Positions 13,491-27,400 of a stretch of 64,000 nucleotides of DNA are shown piece after piece. Numbering within the stretch: the first letter of the stretch is position 1; each line of letters opens with the position of its first letter. A program made the translations under genes and the position numbers. The notes beneath the pieces are model-generated. The model was given only the letters and a program-made list of their open reading frames with translations. It was not told where the DNA came from and did not search any database. The stretch comes from Harriotta raleighana (Eukaryota): NCBI GenBank assembly GCA_050575255.1, contig JBNZDD010013730.1:2884261-2948260 (forward strand), in the 5' to 3' direction.

Positions 13491-14585
13491 ATTGAATATA
13501 AGTATAAGTGAAGGACGTCCTTCCAAGAAGTCAATTCCCACCGACTTTTAAAGATTGGGGTATGAAAGCCATTCGCTGAGCTCAAGATAAACAGTTTAAT
13601 TGGCTACTTTTCCTTCTCGTTGTTCTTTGAGAAGCCTCCTTGATGCAAATCAGCTGTCATCTTTGCCTGTGTCATAACTACTTGTTTTGGAACGGGCTGT
13701 AAAGTGCACTTTTTACAAGGAAAACGCTCGCAAAACTGTACAATTTTTGAAGTACAGAACTGTAAATGACATCTAATGCTTTGTGATTCAGAGGTAGTTT
13801 TAAATTGTGTTGCTATGGAGCCCGGACTTTGGAATACATCTCCTACGCATTGGAGAGTCACCTATACAGTACATTCTCTTCACGTTGGGAAACTGTTGCA
13901 ACACAACGGCTTAGCGATGACTACTGTTTCGTCTACAAACAGGAACAGAACTGTTGTTGCTACGTTTTTCATCGTGGGCCAGCGTTTCGAGAACCAAACA
14001 TAATGGAACCTTTATAGGCCACTGGACACTTAACAGTCAAATGAACAAGTGAAATCCTGTTAAATATTGGGGGCAGTTATGCAAGGTTTTAGCCAAGATT
14101 ATAACAGAATGAGATGGGAAGAATTGGAGAGACCAGAGCACTGAGGACTGAGGACCCAACCTTAACAACTGGACAAGTGAGATCACCGAGAGAGGTTAAA
14201 TTTGATTGTAATACTTTACTGACAAGATAAGTCACCATAAAGACAGCTCAACCCCCTGTCCCCCTCTCCCTACTCCGCACCCCCACCACCCCAACAACCC
14301 CCTTTCATGTCAGGAGGACGTCCCAAGATGCTGAAATACTGAGACGATATTCTACGCAGATATTCGTGAGTATTAATAAATAGAGATGGGAAACTCTGCT
14401 GAAATACACCTATTAGGCTGATCAACTTGTACCTTGAGGCAAAAGAATCCAGCTGGAGTTGGGAGTTGCACATTGTAACGTAATTATTGAGCCTGTGCCA
14501 ATCATTAAAACATAGAACCAGATTCTATATTTGCAGATTTGAAACAGATGTTGGAATTTTATTTTACCCAGATACATTTGTACTG

Positions 14586-14885
14586 CAGCTCAGTGCTTAA
14601 AGCACACGCCTTACAAGCGTGAGACCTGTGTTTCGAATCCAGGCGGGTCAGAGCGAAACCATGGGCGAGTTTCCTTACTCCACACGCCTAATAATCTGTA
14701 CTCCAAAAAACTGGTCATTTTCAATCCATGACTGTTTGTGGGAAACTGCTGGGCGCAATTGGCTGCTGTGTTTCGCCCACTAATATACAGCCAATTCACT
14801 TTACAGTATATTCTGTGAAGCGCTTTGAGATGTCTAGAAGACGTGAAAAGCGCTATATCAAATGGAAGGATCATTATTATTAATA
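14586..14885 (+). mobile_element. tRNA-derived SINE, same family
   Basis: Same head, core and tail. Confidence 0.88.
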
Positions 14886-15989
14886 CTACTGCATCTTTCT
14901 TTTTCCTTAGATTGATCAAAGCTGATTCAAAATCTCTCAAAAATCCATTGACAAATAGTTTCATCTTTGCAAATCCTCAGAATGTGGAGGTATCATAATA
15001 ATATGGATACCAGTCTAAGAGCGAGAACATTCCTGTATCTGTCTTTCTCTCTTCCTTCCCCAATATAATTAAATTGTTTTGGCCGGTCTTTAGGTAAGGC
15101 TGGTGGGAACAAGCTCCAACGCAAATTATGATGCTGTTCTCAGCTTGAGGCTGTGAGCCTGGTTTTAGGGCTAGATTAGGAGAAGCTTTGTTTAGCTTTA
15201 ACTTCTGCTGTCTTATCTGCGAGTGCATAACATTAACAATATCGGACATGTGTGCAAAGATATTCTATTCTCTAGGTCTCACATTCCTCACTTTAATGAG
15301 CACAAACATTTCCCAATAAATAAGATACAACCAGATAATCAATAGTCACTTTGGAAACATCAAAAAACCCTCTTTGGAACTAGATAAACTATCTGCCTAA
15401 CGTACGCAACATTGAATGTGGGCTGTTTATTCTGGGCCAAAAGGTTTTGCTCACTTTATCTTAAGGAGAAATGAGATATAGATAGATTGATCTGTATCAC
15501 CAAATACGAATTATAGTACGACTTATTTTGCAAGGATCTTACAAGACAAAAGAGAATCCTATCCACTTAACTTGAGCCTGTTTATATCGTCAGCTCACTA
15601 AGGATGACAAAAAAATTGTGGTCTTGTCACTTCAACTGCAAAGAAACGTGCTAAACTTACCGCACTTGTCGATGTCAACATAAGCTTCAGCAGGCTTATA
15701 TCGCCAAATCTTTCTAGTTCCTAACTATATATTGTATTACACGTGAGTCAGTGAATGGTTTGGAGGCTTTGTGTGTGTGTGTGTTTCTGTGTGTGTGTGT
15801 GTGTGTGTGAGTGGGTATGACATGTTAAGGTACTGCAGGTTATGGAGTAGCTATGTTGTAAATGCCATTCATACTGCTGTAGCATAGTAGAAATGATTAC
15901 TGTATGCAATAGGCTTCCTGTAATTCACTTTACAGTATATTCTACAAAGCGCTTTGAGACGTCTCGAAGAAGTGATAAGGAGCTGTATG

Positions 15990-16340
15990 TGGAGCTCCTG
16001 TAGCTCAGGGGTTAGAGCACTCGATTTACAAGCATGAGACCTGTGTTCGAATCCAGACAAGTCAGGGCAAAACCTTGGGCAAGTTTCCTTACTCCACACG
16101 CCCGCCTAATAATCATCATTCCTCAAAAAAATCCACGATAACAAAAACTGGTCATTTCAATCCACGACTGTTTGTGTGGGGGACGCCGCTGTGCGCAATT
16201 GGCTGCCGCGTTTTGCCCACAAATATATAAAGTCAATTCTCTTTACGCTACATTCTGCGAAGCGCTTTGAGACGTTTAGAAGATGCGAAAAGCGCTATAT
16301 CAAATGCAAGGGTTATTATTCTTATTCTTATTCTTATAAC
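15990..16340 (+). mobile_element. Full-length tRNA-derived SINE, same family
   Basis: Same head, core and tail; preceded by a truncated tail of another copy at about 15920-15975. Confidence 0.88.
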
Positions 16341-17859
16341 ATAACTGGATACAAACCACAACATGTGGCAAGCTGGATGTCTTGCAATCAACCGATGTAG
16401 CATCCACTCTTCAAGTAGAACAGCAATTCTGCCGTCAACGTTGCTCCAGGATGCTCAACTGTGCTGATCTCTGCCCAGAGCAGCTGTTGGGAGTCCAACA
16501 ATCGACCTCGCTTTGTCAGGTCGGAGAAGGAAAATATTCCGTTCGGGTTTCTGCTGCTGGTTGTGGAGGTTTTTAATGTCGAGTGTATTAATTGGACTCA
16601 ACTGTGGTATTCCTGCTGTTGCACAGTCTGTTAACACTCATTGTCCACAGCCACATGTGAACAGCAGCTGTTTTCCATTGAACTGCAACTCAGTAGAAGA
16701 AGGAAAAGTAGTCAAACATCTTAAGGTAGTGGGAAAATTGAAAAGGAAACTCCTAAATTACTCTTCCGGAAGACTTTTTAAGACTCCTAAAGTAAACACT
16801 TTACATCTGAATTGCTTCTTGGTATTCGATTAAAACAAAAAGGACGTGCAGAGATGAAGGTGGAACCTTAGTTTCAGTACAAGATCGATACATATTTAGT
16901 AAATGATTGGTGACTTAAATGCACATTAGTGAATCATTGGTAAGTTCTAAGTAAATTAAAGGTGACTTGTGACAAATGTGTAATAGCTAAATGTGTGGTT
17001 CTGGAGTTGTATTTCACTGTTGGCCTCTTGTTGAGCAATATCTGGCTTCAGACAGAGTTAAAGAAGGGAAGCAGTCTCAAAAATGGTAATCATGGAGTGA
17101 ACTTATCACAATTTGTAGTTTTTAACCAGTACAATTACTTTACCGACGGATATCAGACAACCTGAAAGCATTACGGTGTTTCAATTTGGAAAGACATTTC
17201 TTGATTGAATTCATGTGCAGTACAAGTATAGCAGCACTGATTTCACTCTATGTTGAGAAACATTTAAAGCATACTGCACAGCAGAGTTTTGTAGCATGCA
17301 ATTTAGTTCAAATCGTAGGTTGCTTCATTTTAGTATGACTATAGGAAGGCAAGTCATTGAGTTAAAATCGAAAGCACTGCAGAGATGACATGCTGATATA
17401 CCAGCACCAGACTCATGATCAATAGTATAAATAAGCCACAATTCATTTACCTGTTGAACCTTATTTTTAAATGGTCTTTGTTAAGCATCAATAGTCTTAA
17501 ACTTTGTTGGATCTGGAACCTAAACCAGAGACACTGGGAGGAAACTGAAATATTTATATAGAGCCTTTGATGTCGGGAGAACGTACCAAGGCTCTTAACA
17601 ATCCTGGCTTGGCATCTCAGCTGAGAGTGGGGAGGAAAAAGATGGCCAAAAACACAATCAAAGAGTCTTGATTCAGACCTTGAGTCGAGTGAGGGAAGTA
17701 TTAAATTGAAGGGATTCCATGCTGGTGTTTCAGAGAGCAGCGTTAAATAGGCTGAAAGCCTGATTGCCCATCCCAAGGGTGGAGGACACAAAACAAGTCC
17801 AGATCAGTATGGTGAGGAAAAATCCAGTTTATGGGTAATGGGGAGAAAGCAGAAGACTC

Positions 17860-18148
17860 GACTTACAACTGTGTGACCTGTGTTCGAATCCAGGCAGATC
17901 AGGACGAAACCTTGGGCAAGTTTCCTTATTCTACAGGCCTAATAATAATCCCTCCCAAAAANAAAATCCAGTTTATGGGTAATGGGGAGAAAGCAGAAGA
18001 CTCGACTTACAAGTGTGTGACCTGTGGNTGTGTTTCGCCCACAAATATACAATCAATTCACTTTACAGTACATTCTGTGAAGCGCTTTGAGACGTCTAGA
18101 AGCCACGAAAAACGCTAAATCAAAATGCAAGGATTATTATTTATTATA
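17860..18148 (+). mobile_element. SINE copy disrupted by assembly Ns
   Basis: B box and tail present; Ns at 17962 and 18028. Confidence 0.7.
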
Positions 18149-19227
18149 GGAGTGGGACTAAACAGATGACTCTTGTAGAGAGTTGCGACAAAGAACCTAA
18201 TGGCTGCCTCCTGTTCCAAAAAAATATTATTTCTAAAGGATCATCTTTCTGAGTCATTGCTAAAGCATTATATACTTGTCTGGAGTTCTTGTGAGGCAAC
18301 CAATTATGGATCTGTAATAAAACACACTAAAAGCCATCTTACAAAAGCAAGTTTTAAAATGTTTTACAATGTTGTTACTGGATTTCCACCATTAAAAAAA
18401 AACTGTGGCTTTGGTGGGGAAATGAACACAAGATTAAACAAGACCACTACCACAACTGAACAAATGTTTTAATATTTATTTTAACACTTGAAGCTATAGG
18501 GAGAGTGAAGGCATACCAGAGAGACCTGCAAAGGCTAAAATGAACAGCCTTATGGTTATATCGCCTCTTTGGCTAACATCTTTGGGTTCCTCTTGTGACA
18601 CTGCTGGGTAACAACCTAGAACATATTTATAGTTCTTGATCTGCTTTCCGGTCTTCGATCGCATGCTTAATTGCCTCGTCACACACATCACTGATCTATT
18701 AATCCACTCAAATCATGAGACAAGCTGGAGGCAGAGGAATACCACTAAAAGAGAAGTGCAACAATGGGATGAACTCATCTTTCTCCTAGTATTTCCTCTT
18801 TTTTTCCTTTCAATAGCATACATTGCATCTGCGTTACCACGAAAGCCTGTCGTCATTATGATTTGCATTGACTTAATACTTAAAATGTGTATGGACAATA
18901 GTGATTGGAGGGTTATGTAAATGTAAATCAATGGAAAGATATGTGTATATATATATATATATATAAAATCAGAGGACAAGGATGCTTTCTCCAGGTAATT
19001 GAGTGCTCTTTAATTAATAGCTGACAAAATTAAGGGAGATTATGAGCTGCAAAGTTCATTAAATGAGATTATACTTGAATTCCGCTTTGAGGATCAAAAA
19101 GGAAGTTGGGGAGAATGCAAGAGGAATTCAACCCAAAGAGGTTCTTTTGAATTCTTCTATGTATGAAAGGTGGGACCGATATAGGAGGGTGAAAGAGCTG
19201 GATTTTGTTTTTTAAACAAAAGGTTGA

Positions 19228-19400
19228 TTAATAATAATAACCATCATAATCCTTGCGTTTGATATAGCGCTTTTCACATCTTCTAGACGTCTCAAAGCAC
19301 TTCACAGAGTATACTGTAAAGTGAATCGGCTGCATATTTGTGGGTGAAATGCGGCGGACAACTGCGCACAGCAGTGTCCCACAGTCGTGGATCGAATGAC
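19228..19400 (-). mobile_element. 5'-truncated SINE, same family
   Basis: Core and tail present. Confidence 0.8.
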
Positions 19401-20219
19401 AAAATTATTCTTATTTATGATGGATAAATAGATAAATAAATAAGATGACCTAATTCATTGTTGAAAAGCTAATCCAAACCCCAGATTGCCTGAACGCTCC
19501 AGGGTTGTGCTACAATGAGCATGGCCTTTAACCACTGGGCTGTCAGACAGACCCTCTCCAAACCTCTCCACCATCACCAACCACATCACCATTAGAACAA
19601 ACATCAAACCAAACCAACAGAAATCCAAAGCACCGCCATGACTGATTCCATGGGATTGTTAATTTTTTTCGTTTCAGGGATCTGGGAGACTGCTCAGTGT
19701 GAGAAGCGCTGTCTAAATTTATTTTCAGAGCAGCGTTTGTTTTTTGGATTGAGTCGTTAATTCCTGTCCCTTCTCTGTCCACTATTATAACGAACTATGT
19801 TTTTTCCTGTCTTATACCACTCCCACTGCCCCCTCCATCCACATTTGATCAGAAATTCTATTTGATTGGCTCCCAGCTCAATTTTGATGGCACGTTTGCC
19901 TGTGTAGCAGTATACACTTCATTCTTGATTCATCTCATGTTGTGAAGCGTTCTCGCGAGGTGAAAAGCAAGCACTATTGAAATTTATGTCGATGAGTAGC
20001 TTCACACACTTTCTGCGATTAGAAAAGATGAGCCTAGCATAATGAGAAACATTCCTCTAAAAATAAAGTTTCTCAACGTTGATGCAATTTAAATACGTTC
20101 TCTTCTCCATGTGCAATATGAGTTGCATAACAATTCTATATTTTCTTACTACATTTTCACTTTGTTGCAGCAACGTTACTTACTTAGTGGGTATTTATTT
20201 ATTTACCTGAAAATAAATT

Positions 20220-20432
20220 TCCTTACTCCACATGCCTAATAATAATCCCTCCAAAATAATAAAATTGTTCATTTCAATCCATGTTTGTGGGACGCTGCTG
20301 TGCACAATTGGCTGCCGCGTTTCACCCACAAATATTCAGTCAATTCTCTTTACAGTATATTCTGTGAAGCGCTTCGAGACATCGATAAGATGTGAAAAGC
20401 CTATATCAAAATGCAAGGATTATTATTATTAC
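20220..20432 (+). mobile_element. 5'-truncated SINE, same family
   Basis: Core and tail present. Confidence 0.82.
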
Positions 20433-21782
20433 TTTACTCATATAGAACTATGTGTATTTTGATACTCATATTCCACCATCTGTTCATGACTGTTAGGGGT
20501 TTGAAATTCTTGGGAGTTGAATTTAACTTCCATCTAACTTGTGTTCTTGGTTTGATACTGATGTCCTCATCCATACTTGAGCTGCTTCCTTATTTTAGTT
20601 CTGATGAAAGATCCTGTCTTCGGGTTCACATTAGCCAACTGAGGACTTTTTCTAGTTTTGCACAATCCTGTTAACACTTGCCATTGCCAATTAGCAGAGG
20701 CAGGTGAGAAAAATTGCCCACGAATATCTTATTCATGTTTAGAAAGTGCAAACACTAATGTGCAATAAAAAAAATGACGTTCTTAAGAACTATTTGGAGC
20801 GCATTGCATTTACAAGTGCATGTCTGAACATGCCATTCACACTTGTGCAGATTATAGAGCAGGAATGAGGGTGATTGCAGGCCACAAACTGCTAACCTAC
20901 AAAGGAAAAATTCTAAAGGAACTTGGGTGTGAATGTAAGACGAGTAGAAATTAATGCAAAATTTCAAAGGCTACAGCTAAACTGGAGATTAAAAGGAGAA
21001 TGGTGGTGAAAAGGTTAATTCTCAGTTAATCAACTATTTTAAAATCAGCCTCAGTCAACACCTTTTGAGATAAAGGGGATAGATAGCTTGTTTCCCATCG
21101 GGACTAGAAAGAGTGTAGGGTACTTGCTGTAAGGAGATCAATGGTTATGCATGAGCTGGGCAAAGGTATGGCTTCCAATAGCTTTTTCTTGTTACCAGTT
21201 CCTATCGGCTCGCTCTTCTGAAATGTTAACTTCCTCTTTCAGATCCCGCTGTGTCGCCTCTACCTTCACTGCTCTCACCTCAAAGTAAGTTTTAGTTTTG
21301 GCCACCATCCAGAGTGTGGTAAACTTTCACAAGAAATACAATATCAGATTCAAGCTGCCAACAGTTTATAGTGCTGCCTATGGCAATTCATTTCGAAATA
21401 TAATATTCAATAAGAGTACACTACTGCATCTGAACAGAGAGATTGGGTTATAAATTCCAACGGTTGAAAATGTTTGGCTGCTAATCTTTTTTATATCCCA
21501 GCAAGTATATTTCCATCTTCAGGTTCCTGGTTCCCCCTCTCCCACAAGCTTGGTTTTACTAAAATCTGCAGAAAAAAACTGGCTCCTGCATTACACAAGC
21601 AGCCTATTGATCAGGGGCTTTTCTTATGCAGCTGTACAACGTATTTATTAATTAGAAATTTAGGGGGGATAAAAAAACAAAGTGTTTTACAACAGAAGTG
21701 TAACTCTTCCCCTTTCGATTCCCAACCCAACCTTTCTACCTACCTTCTAGAAATGCACGCAGTTGTCCCTTGAAACTGTTTG

Positions 21783-22125
21783 TAATAATAATAATAATCC
21801 TTGCATTTGATATAGCGCTTTTCACATCTTATCGACGTCCCAAAGTGCTTCACAGAATATACTGTAAAGTGAATTGACTGTATATTTGTGGGCGGAACGT
21901 GGCAGCCAATTGCGCACAGCAGCGTCCCCCACAAACAGTCGTGGATTGAAAATGACCAATTTTATTATTATGTTTTTTTTTGGAGGGATTATTATTAGGC
22001 ATGTGGAGTAAGGAAACTTGCCCAAGGTTTCGTCCTAATCTGCCTGGATTCAAACACAGGTTAACATTGTAAGGCATGTAAGGCATGTAAGGCGAGTGCT
22101 CTAACCACTGAGCCACAGGAGCTCC
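21783..22125 (-). mobile_element. Full-length tRNA-derived SINE, same family
   Basis: Same head, core and tail, with an internal TGTAAGGCA triplication. Confidence 0.9.
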
Positions 22126-22444
22126 ACAAGTACCATCAACCTCAAGTGTTTTTCTTGATATCTTATCACAGGTTTATTTCCCCTGCTTTAAAAAACTTCC
22201 ACAAACACAAACTTGGATCGTAGCACTCCATGATGTGACAACAATCCTCCCTCAGCACACTGCAGGCCGATGAACCTCTGTTGAGGCAACCATTGTGTTG
22301 TTGTATTGCTGTGCGTTTTGCAGACTGTGGGAAATTACTGAACACCAAACTAAGTTGCTCTCCGTTGGCTTGATCATCTGGTGTCCGAAACCAGTCTGCT
22401 CAATCTTTAAAAGTTGAAAATACCGTGCAAAATTAATTGATTAA

Positions 22445-23135
22445 AACGATTAGTATTCAAAGGGATTTGGGTGTCCTTGTACACCAGTCTCAAATAGTTA
22501 TTTTGCAGGTGCGGCAAGCGACCAAGAAGACGAACGGCATGCTAGCGTTCATTTCAAAAGGTTTAGAGAACAAGAGTAGGGAAGTCTTGCTGCAACAACT
22601 GTATAGGGCTTTGGTGAGACCGCACCTAGAGTATTGTGTGCAGTTTGGGTCTTTATTTTAAAAAGGACACACTTGCATCATAGATTCACTAGGTTAGTTC
22701 CTGGGATGAGGGGACGACCTATGAGGAAAGGTTGAATAAACTAGGGCTGTATTCTCTAGAGTACAGAAGAATTAGTGAAGATTGAAACATATAAGATTCT
22801 TAAAAGGGCTGGATAAAGTAGACGCTGAGGGACTGTTTCCCCTGGTAGGAGAATCTATAATTAGGGGTCACAGTCTTCAAATTAAGGGTCAGTCTTTTAG
22901 AACAGAGTTGAGGAAACATTTTTTTACTCAGGCTGTAGATACTCAGTCCTTGAACATTTTCAAGGCTGAGACAGATAGATTTTTTTAAAAATAGAGGGAT
23001 TAGGGGATATGGGGAGAGGGTAGGTAATTAGAGTTAGGGCAGATCAGCTATGGTCCTATTGAATGGCAGGGCAGGCTCGAGGGGCCGAATGGCCTACTCC
23101 TGCTCCTAATTTTTATGTTCTCATGTTCTTATGCT
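22445..23135 (+). mobile_element. CR1 LINE 3' fragment (degenerate ORF2 end plus shark-type 3' tail)
   Basis: Translates to RDLGVLVHQS...NGMLAFISKGLENKSREVLLQ..LYRALVRPHLEYCVQF and KGLDKVDAEGLFPLVGESIIRGHSLQIKG, typical of the CR1 ORF2 C-terminus. Tail GGCCGAATGGCCTACTCCTGCTCC...ATGTTC. Confidence 0.9.
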
Positions 23136-23794
23136 GTTAATTATTTGAAGAACAATACTCGGTTCCCCTATGGCGTTCAAAATCCTCTGTCTGGATCTGA
23201 TAAAGCTGAAGAAAATCTCAGGGATCAGGATTGGAAAATTCCACGCATTAACCAACCATGAACAAACCACTGCCAGGTTCAGATGAACTGTAAAACAATT
23301 CATCATCTGATTTCTAATTTTCTCCCCACCTCAATTCAGATCTGTTCAACATGGTGTGAAAGGGTTTTTAATATTTTTCACCCACAAAATTCACAAACCA
23401 CTTTACAATATATTCTGTGAAGCACTTGTAAATGTGTCAATGACGTGATAAGACACTATACGAAATGCAAAGATTACTGTTATTATTTTCTTTGCTGTTA
23501 TCTAGACAGAACTCTTTTCTAGTCATGTGTGGGACAAATATTACAAGAGGTTAGAATTCAAGTAGCCCATAGAGGAATACACTAAAATCAGGTCTTATAG
23601 CCTTTCTATGCCATTTTAAGGTAATGAGACATCCATAACTATTTCTGTACACAGTAAGTAATCAGCAGCTAGAATGAAAAGCAGTTGAGGGTGGGGCAGT
23701 GTACAGTGATGAAGTAACTTAACTGTATTAAGGAAAGAGAATGGTTAGTAGCTTGGAAGGATCAATCGTGATTGGCTTCTCCACTCCTGTACTT

Positions 23795-24070
23795 AATAAT
23801 CCTTTCATTTTATATAGCGCTTTTCACGTCTTCCAGATGTCGCAAAGCGCTTCACAGAATATACTGTAACCTGAATTGATAGTATATGTGGGCAAAACTT
23901 GGAAGCCAATTGCGCACATCAGTGTGGATTGAAGTGAAAAAATTTTTTTTTTGAGGGATTATTAGTAGGCATGAGGAGTAAGGAAACTTGCCCATGGTTT
24001 TGCTCTGCCTGGAATTGAAGCCAGGTCTCTCACTTGTAAGGCGAGTGCTCTAACTACTGAGCTACAGGCT
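23795..24070 (-). mobile_element. tRNA-derived SINE, same family, just past the CCDC18 3' end
   Basis: Same head, core and tail. Confidence 0.85.
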
Positions 24071-24185
24071 TCACATTCATTCCTATGTTCAATATTTCAT
24101 AGTGAACAAAATTATATTTTTCACTAAATTAGAATTTTGGGCGGAAAACAAGTAGCTGGAAGAGAACACATACGAATATGAGAAG

Positions 24186-24191
24186 TTTATT
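24186..24191 (-). terminator. Probable CCDC18 polyadenylation signal (AATAAA)
   Basis: AATAAA on the minus strand about 225 nt after the TAG stop. Confidence 0.55.
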
Positions 24192-24416
24192 TTACAAAGA
24201 GAAAAAAATTCAGGATATTTCACTGCTGAAATACATTTATATTTTACCACTCTTCAAAAAAGTTTATCAATACAAATCATTTTTTAACATCCACTGACGC
24301 AATAAATTACTCGCATGAAAATAAAAAAATAGGAAAACTTTTATATTCAGAAACTCCAAGGCATTCGTTTAATTGGCATGAAGATGATGCCAGTGTTTTA
24401 CTTTTCATGCAGGTAT

Positions 24417-27400
24417 CTAATGGTGAGAGGTTTGCTGACCACTAGTTCCCATATCTTCATTCATTTTCAGCTGATAAAGTTCATATGACAATTCTTGATG
24501 AGAAAGTTCAGCCATACTGAAAAGTTTAAACAAAAATCACAAACTTGACACATCTGAAAACTTGTACAATGAATTAAAAATGCTCTCTCAAACTATTGAA
24601 AATATGATGTCGTTGCCAAGAGTTATTACTTACCGTTGCTGGGATTGAACTAAACTACTTTTTAAATAGGACTTTGAGAGTGGTCCTTTTAAATCCAAGT
24701 CATTTGGGTTACAATTAGTACTGTTCTGTTGGGAGAAAATCATGAGGAAATAATAACTGTAACCTTCATTTGACTTTAGTCAATACAAACATTGATACAA
24801 AAATCAGTACAGTTGAAGATCAGATCACTAAACCTGCTAATACTAAGAAAATATAGTAGTCATACACGATAAAAATAAATTAATTTAGTGGTAATAAAAC
24901 CTTGGAGTTTTAACAACTTGCATATTTACATAGCACCCGTCATGCGGGTAAAGATCTCGGAGTACTTTTAAGCGACAGAGAAGTTCAAATACCAGTGTCT
25001 TAACATTTGTGTGTGAGCAGGTTTCTGAATCTGGGGGAAATAAAGAGAAAGGGACATTTGCTGCTTAAAAAGCACACATACAACAGCACCCACCTGATAT
25101 TGGTTCCTAATAACATGCTTCTTTGCTGAACATTCCTCCTCTTTTAGTTTCTTCTGTCCACTGGACAATGTTGAGACATCACTAGCAGGCGAGTCTCTCA
25201 TACAATTGCTCCCCTCTTTATTACGGAGATAGTTTAACATTCCACTTAGTGTTTCCAAATCACCACAATTGTTAGTTTGGTCCGTGAGCGCCAAAGGTCC
25301 CTTTTCATTCTCCGAGTGTGTAAAGTGACTGTACGATACAAGATTCCCTGACTCTCCTGCCCCATGGGCATTCTGTTCAGTGTGTGGTAAACTGCTGCTC
25401 ACGGGAATAGAAGATTGCTCAAGAATTTCTCGAATTCGGTTGGAGCAATTGAGTGAATTTAATGCTGAACTAATATCAGTCCCATAAACATCACCAACAT
25501 GTAAAGATCTAGTTATGTTTCTAGAAAGAGGATAGGGATTTGGTGAAAACATTCTGGAATCTTTTTGAGGATCATCAGCGTTGGCAAGAGATTGTGTTGG
25601 AAGAATGGACGAAAGTTGTCGTATTCCCATTGCTCTTTCATATCCAGAAATTTTAACTTGTAATCTTGCCAGCTCAGAATCCTACATTTCAGAAAAAAAC
25701 CATAGTCTCAGTATATATTAGTGCTTTTATAAAGGCATCATATATTGTTATTTTGTCAATGGAATCAAAATCTGAAAAAACAAACACTTCTACACTGAAA
25801 ACCTGAAAAGCGACGTAACCCTAATTTTAGTTCCGTTAAAAGTATCAATTCCTGAATTTAACAAAAAATAAAACCCCCAAATATGCAAGGCAAATTACAC
25901 ATGATTGCAGAAAGAAATGAAGGAAACTATTTAAAAGATAGTTTTAGATTCTCCATGATTTCACTGTTGCTAAATGAAACAAAAAGACTGTGGAAAAACA
26001 TGCAAAAGGACATGTATACAGTATTTACCAACCAGACCCGACCTTGATTATGAGTGCTTCATTCGTGGCTTCCATTTCTTTATTTTGAGCCTGAAGCTCT
26101 TTCTGAAGGTTGAGAATCCTTCCCTGCGCTTCTTCTAACTCCTCGTTGGTTTGCAAAAAGTTGTCAATTGTGCTCGGGCCACTAGATTGGCTGGTTTCTG
26201 AGATCTGGCCGGAAAACAGCGACAATGGTGCCTGACTTTCCTTAAGCAGAGTGACCTGAAAGAATAATCAAGTACACTTTTAAAGAGGATAGTCATTTTG
26301 TTTCTCTGACTGATTTCAATTCAGATAAACATTTGACTGATAAAATTATTGTTGCAATCAGTCACGGATATTATGGACAAAATTGTTCTTCTGTAAAAAA
26401 TTGTTATCTTACCTCTTTTTGGTGAGCAGCCCTCAAACTTTCAACCATCTCTTTAAATTTGTTGATCTCTGCTTGTGCCTTGACTTCTAACTGAGTCTCA
26501 CGAGCCTGAGCAGCACCCAACTCTTCTGCCAAGTGAGCAGTACGAACCTCCTGTAAAGGTTTGGAAAGCTGACATCAGAAATGAGGCCACAGGATACTGA
26601 ACCTTTTAATACATTCCCATTGCCTTCAGAAAAATACAACAGAATTTTGTTTTCGGATAAGTACTGTAAATGGCAACGGTCAACTAATATCAAACAAACA
26701 GAAGTTGTATCCCGAGTGACACTTTGAATCTCCAGAGGCGGGAGGATTGCCAAGCAGACATAGAAATGCAGTGGGAATCTAACATTTTATTATCTAAAGT
26801 CAACTTTTGAAAGGGAAGAAGAAATCTACCTTCAGAAAACAAACTTAGAAATAAAATTCAGTCTTTTCCTCCCTTTCCTTCCACACACACACACACGGAA
26901 GGGAGAAAGAGCAGAGCACAATCCTGGCTTGTCTTTCAATTATTGCGAGTGGTAGCTGTGGAGGGATTCCAGTCGCGGACATGCTGGGGATGACATGCGG
27001 CTAAAGACTGTGTTTAGTTGAGATTACCTAACCGCACTCTCCTTCTGTTAGGCGGATTACCTTTTCATGCGAGAGTTGAATAGTTTCATTCAGCTCCCGA
27101 GTGAGATGGTCCATTTCCCTTTGCGCTTGTGCTAGCTGCTGTCGGGTCTCCGTCAATTCCAGATGAGTACGCTGCATTAGCTCACGAGCTAAGCGGACCT
27201 GCTGGCCTTCACCCAAAACTTCCTGATGCTGTTTTGCGATAAGCTGCTCTTTGTGTTTCAGAGTCTGAATAAAGTAAATTATACCAAAAAAGCACAAAGC
27301 CTCTAAGTTATGATGTGCACCCGAGAACAGTTGCTGAATCATCTTGTCTTTAAATTGCTCCATAAAACTATGGAAAAAGATACTTTACAGCTCAACAACA

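Noticed and set aside
15990-16065. tRNA-Val(TAC)-like gene
   Set aside because: It is the head of a SINE, continuing into the Deu core and L2-like tail, and is repeated in many degenerate copies.
17819-18030. Duplicated ~65-bp segment plus SINE part
   Set aside because: Bounded by single Ns at 17962 and 18028; probably two alleles placed in series.
21740-22116. Recurring small ORFs such as [25 protein letters not shown] as a peptide gene family
   Set aside because: They are translations of the SINE consensus with inconsistent starts and frameshifts between copies.
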